From Vulcanimicrobiota bacterium (GTDB taxonomy: Bacteria > Vulcanimicrobiota > Vulcanimicrobiia > Vulcanimicrobiales > Vulcanimicrobiaceae): a stretch of 64,000 bases of DNA. Below the pieces are notes generated by a model, which did not search any database, was not told where the DNA came from, and worked only from the letters and a program-made list of their open reading frames with translations. Numbering within the stretch: the stretch's first letter is position 1; each line of letters begins with the position of its first letter. A program made the translations under genes and the position numbers. Positions 1-8,315 of this stretch are shown piece by piece. The DNA lies in assembly GCA_963820825.1 (NCBI GenBank), contig CAWGBN010000006.1:288001-352000 (forward strand), given 5' to 3'.

Positions 1-2
1 CC

Positions 3-402
3 AAAGAGTATATCGCCGCCGTCAAACCGATCGACGACGCGCTCGTGCTCGAGCTCATGCATTGGGCGAGCGAGATCGTCGCTCCCGACACGCTCGAGAT
101 TCCGGATCGCGAGAAGCTTGCCGGAAAAAGAGATGCAGATGGCGCGCATGCTCGTCGACACGATGAGCGTCGATGCGTTCGAGCCGGAGAAGTTCACCAA
201 CAAGTACTACGACGAGCTGATGACGATGATCGAGGCGCGCGCCGCCGGTAAGGAACTTCCCAAGCCGAAGAAGGCGCCGGCCCGCTCGAAGGTCGTCAAC
301 CTCATGGACGTGCTGGCGCAGAGTCTCGAAGCGAGCAAGAAGCGCCGCTCGGCCGCAAACGGCAAAGCGACGACGAAGCGCCGCAAGAGCACCGCCGCGT
401 AA
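3..402 (+). CDS. ku: Ku protein (NHEJ), 3' part, with apparent +1 frameshift near 117-120
   Basis: Frame 3 reads KEYIAAVKPIDDALVLELMHWASEI..EKL; frame 1 continues PEKEMQMARMLVDTM..FEPEKFTNKYYDEL..VVNLMDVLAQSL with a basic tail. Both parts match the Ku core and C-terminus. Truncated by window start. Confidence 0.85.
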   Translation, partial: KSISPPSNRSTTRSCSSSCIGRARSSLPTRSRFRIARSLPEKEMQMARMLVDTMSVDAFEPEKFTNKYYDELMTMIEARAAGKELPKPKKAPARSKVVNLMDVLAQSLEASKKRRSAANGKATTKRRKSTAA

Positions 403-411
403 CGCATCGCG

Positions 412-958
412 ATGGCCGAGGTGCCGACGCTGGAGACGCGCGCGCTTGATCCTACGCGACTGGCGCGACGACGACGTCGAGGCCTGGGTGCAGATGAACG
501 CCGATCCGCGCGTTGCCGAGTTTCTGCGCGGTCCGTATTCGCGCGAGCATTCCGAATCCGCGGCGGCGGGGATTCGCCGCGAGCTCCACAACAACGGCTA
601 CGGTTGGTGGGCGGTCGAGGTACGGGGCGGGCCGCCGTTCGCCGGCGCTATCGTTCTGCAAGCGGTCCCGTTTGCGGCGCCATTCGCTCCGGCGTACGAA
701 ATCGGCTGGCGGTTCGCGTTCGGGTCTTGGGGGCACGGCTACGCGACCGAAGGCGCGACCGCCGCGTTACGCCACGCGTTCGATAGGCTGCGCTGGCCTG
801 AAGTCGTCGCATTCACCGCGCAGACGAATCTGCGCTCGCGCCGCGTGATGGAACGGCTGCAGATGACCTACGATCCCGCCGATGATTTCGACCACCCTAA
901 GCTCGAGCCCGGCCACCCGCTGCGGCGCCAGGTTCTCTATCGAATCAAGAAACGCTAG
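412..958 (+). CDS. GNAT (RimJ/RimL-like) N-acetyltransferase, apparent +1 frameshift near 439-445
   Basis: MAEVPTLET (ATG 412) joins LILRDW..EIGWRF..WGHGYATEGA..NLRSRRVMERL in the 446 frame. Confidence 0.85.
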
Positions 959-968
959 CCGCGCGTAC

Positions 969-2213
969 TCATCCGTCGGCGACCTTCACCGCCTCGACTT
1001 CCAAGCCGAGCGTGCTCTCATGCTCGCGTATGCCGGCGCCCTCGCTTCGCGCGTTGCGCAGTCCCATGACGAATGCAACCGCGGCAAGGGTGATCGACTC
1101 GATGCCGGCAAAGCGCGGGCCGTAGGCCGCGAGCAGACCGGTCGAGATGGGAGGCGCGAGAATCCCCGAGAGCGAGTCGAGCGAGGAGCTCGTACCGAGT
1201 ACCGTTCCTTGTTCGCGATCCGAGGCGGCATTGCTGATCAGCGCGGTAATACCGGTGTTCGTGAGCGCCATTCCGAACGAGAAGAGAATCATCGGGGCCG
1301 CGAGCAGCGCGACCGTGTGCACGAACGGGATCAGCGCGAATCCGGCAATCAGGCAAACGAGTCCGACGTTGGACATCAATCGATCGCCCAATCGCGCCGA
1401 GACGCGCCCGACGACGGCAATATTGACGAAAACGTTGAAGACGGCGAAGATCGAGAAGAAATAGTCGGTCTGCGTCAGCGTAAACCGCAGCTGCTGTTGA
1501 AAATAGAGCGCGAAGACCGCAAACCAGCCGTATAATGCGAGCGAGATCGCCAACTTCTGCCAAAGGATGCGCGCGAGGCGCGGCTTACGGAAGCTCGCAA
1601 CCACCGAGCCGAGGGCGACGCGCTCTTCCTCTTTTCGCCGGGCCCGCGACTCCGGAAGCATAACGATCGTCAGCGCCAAGGTCACGAGCTGCAGGCCGGC
1701 GGCGACGAGAAACGGCGTCGCGAATCCGAAACGCGCGTAGAGAATACCGCCGCCGAACGGACCGAAGACCATGCCGGCGGCGAACATCGCGCCGATCAAA
1801 CCGAATGCGCGCGCGCGCTCGTTTGGCGCGACGAGGTCGGCGACGTAGGCCTGGGTGATGCTGATGTTTCCGCCCGAGACGCCTTCGACGACGCGTGCGG
1901 CGAAGACGACCCCGATCGGCGCGACGGCAAGCGCCGTTGCGATGTTGGGCGCCAAGCCGAGCATTACCCAGCCGATCGTAGCGCCGATCTGGCTAACGAT
2001 GAGCACCATCTTTCGGCCGATCCGATCGGAGATATTTCCCCAGAGCGGCGCCGAGACGAGCTGGCAGAACGAAAAGGTCGCGGCCAGGAATCCGACGACG
2101 GCTGCCGAGACGCCGAAGTGCGTAACGAAGTACGGCAGCATCGGAATCAGCATGCTGAAACCGACGATATCGATGAACGTGACGCCGAGAATCGGCAGAA
2201 GTTTACGGATCAT
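969..2213 (-). CDS. MFS transporter, TetA/DHA1-like
   Basis: About 12 hydrophobic segments; motif A GNISDRIGRK; AYVAD..ERARAFG..GP motif. Confidence 0.9.
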   Translation of the reverse strand: MIRKLLPILGVTFIDIVGFSMLIPMLPYFVTHFGVSAAVVGFLAATFSFCQLVSAPLWGNISDRIGRKMVLIVSQIGATIGWVMLGLAPNIATALAVAPIGVVFAARVVEGVSGGNISITQAYVADLVAPNERARAFGLIGAMFAAGMVFGPFGGGILYARFGFATPFLVAAGLQLVTLALTIVMLPESRARRKEEERVALGSVVASFRKPRLARILWQKLAISLALYGWFAVFALYFQQQLRFTLTQTDYFFSIFAVFNVFVNIAVVGRVSARLGDRLMSNVGLVCLIAGFALIPFVHTVALLAAPMILFSFGMALTNTGITALISNAASDREQGTVLGTSSSLDSLSGILAPPISTGLLAAYGPRFAGIESITLAAVAFVMGLRNARSEGAGIREHESTLGLEVEAVKVADG

Positions 2214-2237
2214 CCTCGAGCCCCCATTCGAGGCCCG

Positions 2238-3188
2238 CTACCGAGACGACTCTACCGGCAGAACGACTCGCGAGAACCGCTCGCTCTTGCGCACCACGTC
2301 GATCTTGTACGAACGGCTGAGGTCGATGCTCGTCATGATCTTGTGCAGCGCGTCGACGCTGCTCAATCGGCGTCCCTCGAACGCCAGCAGCACGTCGCCC
2401 GCTTGCAGGCGTGCCGTATCGGCGGGGCTGCCGGGCTCGATCGAATCGACGATGATCGCGCGGCGATCCTCGAGCCCGAGCCGGCGAGCGGCCGGCGGCG
2501 GGAGGACGATGTCTTGCGCGGCGATTCCGAGGTAGCCGCGGCGCACGCGTCCGTCGCGCATCAATAGACCGGCAATGTGCTTGGCCGTGTTGATCGCGAT
2601 CGCAAAGCAGAGGCCTTGACCGGGAAGCACCGCCGTGTTCACGCCGATGACTTCACCGTCGGCAGTGACCAGCGGGCCGCCGGAGTTTCCCGGATTGAGC
2701 GCCGCGTCGGTTTGAACGACGTTATCCATCAGCCGGCCCGATCGCGAGCGAAGCGAACGTCCGAGCGCGCTGACGACTCCCGCGGTTACGGTATACGCAA
2801 GCCCGAACGGATTGCCGACGGCCACGACGAGCTGGCCCGGAAGCAGGGTCGCCGAGTCGCCGAGAACGGCGTGCACGAGGTCGGGGGCATCTACCCGCAG
2901 GACGGCGACGTCGGAATCGGGATCGTCACCGACGAGCGTGGCCGGAAGTTCCCGGCCGTCGAGCAGCGCGACGGCGATGCGTTTCGCATCGTGCACGACG
3001 TGGCTATTCGTTACCACAAAGCCGTCGGGCGTGAAGACGAAGCCGCTGCCGTTTCCGCCGCGCCGCCCGTCGTGCACTTCGATGCAGACGACCGCCGGAC
3101 TAACCCGCTCGGCGGCCGCGGTGACGGCCTGCGAATAGGGGTCGAGTGCGGCCGCGCTTTCAATTGGTGAGACGAGAGGAAGAACCAT
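2238..3188 (-). CDS. Trypsin-like serine protease with PDZ domain (HtrA/DegP family)
   Basis: [31 protein letters not shown]-terminal PDZ ([14 protein letters not shown]). Start taken at ATG 3188. Confidence 0.92.
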   Translation of the reverse strand: MVLPLVSPIESAAALDPYSQAVTAAAERVSPAVVCIEVHDGRRGGNGSGFVFTPDGFVVTNSHVVHDAKRIAVALLDGRELPATLVGDDPDSDVAVLRVDAPDLVHAVLGDSATLLPGQLVVAVGNPFGLAYTVTAGVVSALGRSLRSRSGRLMDNVVQTDAALNPGNSGGPLVTADGEVIGVNTAVLPGQGLCFAIAINTAKHIAGLLMRDGRVRRGYLGIAAQDIVLPPPAARRLGLEDRRAIIVDSIEPGSPADTARLQAGDVLLAFEGRRLSSVDALHKIMTSIDLSRSYKIDVVRKSERFSRVVLPVESSR

Positions 3189-3273
3189 AGAGGCTCCTCC
3201 CAACCGCGAGAGAGCTCGCCGGGTTTCGCCGAGAGGCGGCGAGTCGGCCGCCCCGAATCGTGGTCAGTTCCGC

Positions 3274-3357
3274 GCCCAGATGGCGGAATTGGTAGACGCG
3301 CTGGTTTCAGGTACCAGTGGTGGCAACACCGTGGGGGTTCGAGTCCCTTTCTGGGCA
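3274..3357 (+). tRNA. tRNA-Leu(CAG)
   Basis: Acceptor stem GCCCAGA/TCTGGGC, D arm TGGCGGAATTGGTAGACGC, anticodon arm CTGGT-TTCAGGT-ACCAG, long variable arm, T loop TTCGAGT. CCA not encoded. Confidence 0.97.
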
Positions 3358-3375
3358 GTTCAGCTGATCTCTGCG

Positions 3376-3756
3376 TTACCGGTCGGCGAGGTTGAGGTCG
3401 GCGACCAGCGCTTTCGCCGTGGATTCCGGAACGCCAAGCGCGACTAGAGTGGGATTCGAAAACTTTTCGCTCGAGATCTTGACGATCGCCCATCCGCTCT
3501 TCTCTTTTTTCGCGAGCGCTTCGCCGGCAGCGTAGTTCTTGCCGGCGCTCCAGAACGCGATTGCGTATGGCTTCTCTTCGACCATCTTTACGTTGATGTC
3601 GGTAGCGTTCAGGCGATCCTGAACGATACCGGAGACGGCGACGGCGTCGTCGGGACCAGGTATCGCCGCGGCAGCCGGCATGACGCAGGCCAGCACAAGA
3701 CTGATAACGGCAAATATTCGCATGAGCGTGCGCTTCAGCGCGCGCTCATGCATCAC
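3376..3756 (-). CDS. Hypothetical exported protein
   Basis: Signal-peptide-like MRIFAVISLVLACVMPAAAA; real start may be 3723 or 3750. Confidence 0.65.
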   Translation of the reverse strand: MMHERALKRTLMRIFAVISLVLACVMPAAAAIPGPDDAVAVSGIVQDRLNATDINVKMVEEKPYAIAFWSAGKNYAAGEALAKKEKSGWAIVKISSEKFSNPTLVALGVPESTAKALVADLNLADR

Positions 3757-3854
3757 CCTTCACGGTTAGCTGGTGTAAGCGCTCCAGCCCAGAGCGAAAC
3801 GTTGCTTGCAAGGCAGCCATGTTTCGATAACACCGCGGCCGGGGAAAAAGCACG

Positions 3855-4043
3855 ATGCCGTTAATTGAAATCGTCGTGGTTCTCATCGTGGTCGGCGTGC
3901 TGCTCTGGCTCGTCAACTCGTATATTCCCATGGCTGCCGCCGTGAAGTCTCTGCTCAATGCCGTCGTGATCATCGCACTGATCGTTTGGATTTTAAAAGT
4001 CGTCGGTCTCTGGCATTACGTCGCTAGCCTCCGCGCCGGCTGA
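3855..4043 (+). CDS. Small two-helix membrane protein (Thivi_2564-like)
   Basis: LIVVGVLLWLVNSYIPM..LNAVVIIALIVWIL pattern. Confidence 0.75.
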   Translation: MPLIEIVVVLIVVGVLLWLVNSYIPMAAAVKSLLNAVVIIALIVWILKVVGLWHYVASLRAG

Positions 4044-4115
4044 GGCGCGGGCCCGGGCCGAGACGATCGTTTAGCTCATCTGCTAATCGGATATAAATGC
4101 TCTACCGAAGCAAGA

Positions 4116-6929
4116 TTGGTTCCCGATTCGACAGAAGGGCGTCCTTTGGGAGAGGGACGCCCTTTGCGTATCAGACCAATAGGCGTGCCGCCGCGCGGCG
4201 CGTTTGTCGCTCGGGAAGGTGAGGCTGAAGAGCTCGCCGCGTATCGCCGTGCGGCGGCCCAGGGGCACGGGCATATCGTATTGGTCGGCGGAGAAGCCGG
4301 AATCGGCAAGTCGCGCCTGCTCGATCACTTCGAATCGGTCACGGCTAGCGCGCGGGTGATGCTGGCGACCGCGCGTTGCGCGGAGTTTGGACAGACTCCG
4401 CTCTCGCCGCTGCGAGAGCTCTTAGGGCAACTCGAGCGCCGCGGCAATGCGGCGAGCGATGCGGGTACGCGTGCGCTTCTGGAGCGGCTCGCATTCGAGC
4501 GCAACGCGGAGACGACGGTGGGGTGGCTGCCCGAGGCGTCGCTCTTCAGCTCCATCGATGGTGCGTTTGCTCGTTATGCGATGCGAGGTACGTTGATCCT
4601 CACCATCGAGGACGTTCACTGGGCCGATCGTTCGACGCTGGCCTTCTTAACGTACTTTGCCGATCGGATCGAACGGCGACGGACGCTGGTCGTCACCACG
4701 TACCGAGCCGATGAGGTCGGTTCGCAGCATCCCCACCTTTCGGAATTCTCCGCGCTGCTTTCGAAGCGAGCCGTCGCGACGCTCTCTCTGGCACCGCTGA
4801 GCGAATCCGCGATTCGGGCTCTCGTCGAACAAGCGGCCCCGCATCCGCACGCCGTGTCGCGCATGACGATCGCGGAGATCGTGCGGCGCAGCGAGGGCAA
4901 CCCGTTCTTTGCCGAGGAGTTAATCAAGAGCGTACTCGATGCGGGGCGCGGAGCTCCGATCGCAGAGCTGCCGCTCTCCATTCGCGCTGCCGTCCTGGCA
5001 CGCGCCGCGCGATTAACTCAAGCCGAACGTGACGTCATCTCCCTTGCCGCCGTGCTCGGCGAACGATTCTCGGTCGAGCAGCTGAGCGCGCTCGTTGGAG
5101 GCGATCGAGAGGCCGTTTTGCGTGCGCTCGAGCGGGGTCGTTCGCTGCGTTTGCTTTACGACGAGCCGGCGACGCCCGGCGAAGTCGCGTTCCGCCATGC
5201 GCTAACCCAAGAGGTGCTCTACGGCGAGCTGCTGGCCGAGCGCGTTCGTCCGCTGCACGAAGCGATTGCGATCGAGCTGGAAAAAGCACCCAAGCGCAAC
5301 GTTACGCAACTGGCGCATCACTGGCGGCGAGCCGGGGATCTCCAAAAAGCGTCGGCGTACGACGAAATGGCCGGCGACGGCGCGTTCGTCATCGGCGCAT
5401 TCGCCGATGCGATTCTTTATTACGAGCGCGCCCTTGGCGCGCGAGAGGCCGATGCGCGGCTGGAGCACAAGCTCGGCGTTGCGCTGGGGTCGATCAACGA
5501 GCTGCACGCGGGAATCGAGCGGCTGCGGCGCGCCGGCGAACTCTACTGGCAGAGCGGCGATTTTGACGGTTTTGCCGAGAACGCGTCGTCGCTCGTCGCC
5601 CAGCTGTACAACTCCGGCGACGTGGCTGCCGCCAGTGCGGTCTGCAAGAATGCGATCGAGACGCTGAGTCAAAAACTTCCTGCGGAGAAGCTCGATCTAT
5701 TTCGGACCAGGCTCGCGTTTCAATGCATCGCGGCGCTGGATTACAATGCAGCCTCCGCCTTCTTAAACGATATTCGAGAACCGATTGCCGATCCGAAGAT
5801 CGCGATGCATGCATCGTGGAATCGCTTCAGAGTGGCGGCCATGCGTGGAGAGATCGAGCAATGGCGCTCTCTAACGGCACGAGCGCTCGACGCCGCATGG
5901 CAGGTCGCCGACGGCGGCTCCTGGGCGCGTCACATGCATATCCAAATCGGCATCGATGCACTGGGGCTCGGCGACGTGAAAGCGGCGCGCGACCACTTCC
6001 GCTCTGCGATTCTACCGAAGCGAGAGCGTCAATCGCTCCAAGGGACGATGCTTTCGGCGGCATCGGCGTTCGAGCACACGCTTCGCGGCGACTTCGCCGC
6101 TGCGGCGGAGATCCTGCGGGATGGCGAGCGCCTCGCATTGCAGAGCTATCCGGTTCTCGTACACGTCAAGAGCGCAAACTTCGCCCTTGGAATCTGTTCG
6201 GGGGACGACGCGCGCCTGCGACACGACGATACGGAGTCGTTTCTCCGTTACGGGATCGAGCATGGCATGAACGTCGCGATCGGGATTCTCGGCGGGCCGT
6301 ACGCGTGGGCGTTAGGGATTCAAGGTGATCTCGAACCGGCCGCCGTTTGGATCGGGAGAATCGCCCGCGCTTTGCCCGGGCCGCATCGCTTTCTCTTTGC
6401 CTACCTGGCCGCCGCGCAGTTTGGAGAGCCCGAGGACGTCATCGCCATGCGCCGGCAACTCGGCGAGGCGGCCGAGCACCCTCAGGATCGCGTGAACAAA
6501 GCCGCGCTGGGACTCTTCGATGCGTTTGCCGCCGGGCGCGGCGTTATCGAGGCCGACGCGCGCGCCGCCGCACTCGATGCCGCGACGAGATTCGACGCTA
6601 TTGGTTGGCCGTGGCTCGCCGCGCGCGGCTATGAATTGGGTGGTGAATCCAAACGCTCGTCCGAAACGTATCGCTCGCTGGGGGCTTTGCGCGACCTACG
6701 CCGCGTTGAAACCGCTCGCTCATCGGGGAGCGTCTCTTTGCTCTCGTCGCGAGAGCTCGAAGTCGCCGAACTCGTTGCGGCCGGCCACTCGAACGATGAA
6801 ATCGCACAGTTGTTGCACATCAGTTCTCGTACGGCAGAAAAGCACGTCTCCTCGGCGCTGCGGAAGTTGAACGTGCGATCGCGCGTGCAGCTCGGGCGGC
6901 TGCTCGCGCGATCGCAGGGTGGCGAGTAG
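4116..6929 (+). CDS. Large ATP-binding LuxR-family (LAL/STAND) transcriptional regulator
   Basis: Walker A GEAGIGKS, Walker B IEDVHWAD, GNPFF, FRHAL, helical repeats, C-terminal LuxR HTH (LSSRELEVAELVAAGHSNDEIA..TAEKHVS). Start uncertain (4116-4185). Confidence 0.92.
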   Translation: MVPDSTEGRPLGEGRPLRIRPIGVPPRGAFVAREGEAEELAAYRRAAAQGHGHIVLVGGEAGIGKSRLLDHFESVTASARVMLATARCAEFGQTPLSPLRELLGQLERRGNAASDAGTRALLERLAFERNAETTVGWLPEASLFSSIDGAFARYAMRGTLILTIEDVHWADRSTLAFLTYFADRIERRRTLVVTTYRADEVGSQHPHLSEFSALLSKRAVATLSLAPLSESAIRALVEQAAPHPHAVSRMTIAEIVRRSEGNPFFAEELIKSVLDAGRGAPIAELPLSIRAAVLARAARLTQAERDVISLAAVLGERFSVEQLSALVGGDREAVLRALERGRSLRLLYDEPATPGEVAFRHALTQEVLYGELLAERVRPLHEAIAIELEKAPKRNVTQLAHHWRRAGDLQKASAYDEMAGDGAFVIGAFADAILYYERALGAREADARLEHKLGVALGSINELHAGIERLRRAGELYWQSGDFDGFAENASSLVAQLYNSGDVAAASAVCKNAIETLSQKLPAEKLDLFRTRLAFQCIAALDYNAASAFLNDIREPIADPKIAMHASWNRFRVAAMRGEIEQWRSLTARALDAAWQVADGGSWARHMHIQIGIDALGLGDVKAARDHFRSAILPKRERQSLQGTMLSAASAFEHTLRGDFAAAAEILRDGERLALQSYPVLVHVKSANFALGICSGDDARLRHDDTESFLRYGIEHGMNVAIGILGGPYAWALGIQGDLEPAAVWIGRIARALPGPHRFLFAYLAAAQFGEPEDVIAMRRQLGEAAEHPQDRVNKAALGLFDAFAAGRGVIEADARAAALDAATRFDAIGWPWLAARGYELGGESKRSSETYRSLGALRDLRRVETARSSGSVSLLSSRELEVAELVAAGHSNDEIAQLLHISSRTAEKHVSSALRKLNVRSRVQLGRLLARSQGGE

Positions 6930-6934
6930 TACTG

Positions 6935-8209
6935 CTATTGGGGTACCGCGAATACGGTTCCGTCACCGGTCTGCCCGCTATTGCTCGTGGTCGTTCCGTA
7001 TAACGTGCCGTTGAGGTCCACGAGGGGCGCGTAGGGCGTCTCCGGATAACCGGTCGGATTCGAAGGAGGATCTTGCAAGGTGAAGACCACCTTTTCGCGT
7101 CCCGCCGGCGAGACCGAGTAGACGACTCCCCATCCGAACGTGCTGAACGGCGTGGTGCCGTAGAGCGTCCCGCCGGCGGCGATCAGTGCCGAGATCGGAT
7201 GTTGTCCGTCTTGTTTCGACGCAACGTTGGTGAACCGGTAGAGCACCTTCTCCTTGCCGTCCGGCATCACTTTGAAGATGGTGCCGCAGCCGCAGTTTTG
7301 CAAGCCGCCGTACGAGGTGGTGCCGTACAGCGCGCTGCCCATGACGGCGAGCGAACCCTCCGGACCCGCACCGTCGGGCTGACCGCTGAACGAGTAAACG
7401 ATGCTCTCCGCGCCCGAAAGCGTCACTCTGTAGACCGCGCCGTCGCCGTTCGCACCGCCCTGGCGCGTCGTGCCGTAGAGCGCATTCTTGTACAAGACGA
7501 GTCCGGAGCTGTACGTCGGGCTGCTCGGAGAGCCGGTAAAACTGTAGAGAACGCTCTCCTTCGGTTTCTTGCCGGCAAGGCTGAACTTAAAGATGCAGCC
7601 TTCGCCATCGGCGCCGCCGGCGTAACCCGTACCGTACAGCGCGTTCTTGCTCGCAACGTAAATCATATCGGAATCCGGCTCGAAGCAGTCGTTCGGGTTG
7701 GTTCCGAACGAATACAGGACCTTGTACGAGCCCGACGGCGTAATCGAGAAGATCGTGCCGTGATCTCCGGCCTGGGCTCCCTCCTGATAGGTGGTGCCGT
7801 AGAGCGTTCCGTTGACGTTGGTCAGTGCAGCGTTGGGATAGACGCCGTCGGGCGTGCCGGTAAAGCTGTGCATGACGCTCTCCACGCCGGTGGTGGTTAC
7901 CGAGTAGATCGCGCCGAGGTTATCGCTGCCTCCGGTGTACGTGGTTCCATAGAGCGTGGTGCCGACGTTGACCAGGCCGACTTGCGGACCGCCGGCGTCG
8001 GGCTGACCCTGGAAAAGGTAGATGCCGGGCCCGCTCGGGCCGGACCGTTTATGGGATCGCCCTTGCGGCGAACCGGCACGCTCCGTAGTGGGCAGCATCG
8101 AAACGCCGCCCGGCCCGATCGCCCCGGGCGTGCCGCCGAGACCGCTCTGGGCGCAGCCGGCGATGCCGAGCGCGCAGCTGAGGGCCACTAACTTGAGAGT
8201 CGAAGTCAT
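6935..8209 (-). CDS. Lipoprotein with tandem GloVer-type (Gloeo_Verruco) repeats
   Basis: Lipobox IAGC; repeats of LYGTT.xGG..G.(I/V)(F/Y)..E.VLYSF..PDG..P. Confidence 0.85.
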   Translation of the reverse strand: MTSTLKLVALSCALGIAGCAQSGLGGTPGAIGPGGVSMLPTTERAGSPQGRSHKRSGPSGPGIYLFQGQPDAGGPQVGLVNVGTTLYGTTYTGGSDNLGAIYSVTTTGVESVMHSFTGTPDGVYPNAALTNVNGTLYGTTYQEGAQAGDHGTIFSITPSGSYKVLYSFGTNPNDCFEPDSDMIYVASKNALYGTGYAGGADGEGCIFKFSLAGKKPKESVLYSFTGSPSSPTYSSGLVLYKNALYGTTRQGGANGDGAVYRVTLSGAESIVYSFSGQPDGAGPEGSLAVMGSALYGTTSYGGLQNCGCGTIFKVMPDGKEKVLYRFTNVASKQDGQHPISALIAAGGTLYGTTPFSTFGWGVVYSVSPAGREKVVFTLQDPPSNPTGYPETPYAPLVDLNGTLYGTTTSNSGQTGDGTVFAVPQ

Positions 8210-8315
8210 GATGAAGGCTCCTTTGAGAGAGTGCGTCTCTACAAGGGTGCCTCCGTTTCACCTGAGGGTCGATGCGTAGAACTACTACTCTTTAGAGGTT
8301 CGCCGGGTCTGAGGT

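Noticed and set aside
6935..8209. Nucleotide repeats (GTGCCGTAGAGCG-like) as a CRISPR array
   Set aside because: They encode the LYGTT protein repeats and are degenerate; no cas genes.
8276..8285. GTAG-AA-CTAC palindrome as the LuxR operator
   Set aside because: Too short and no convincing second copy.
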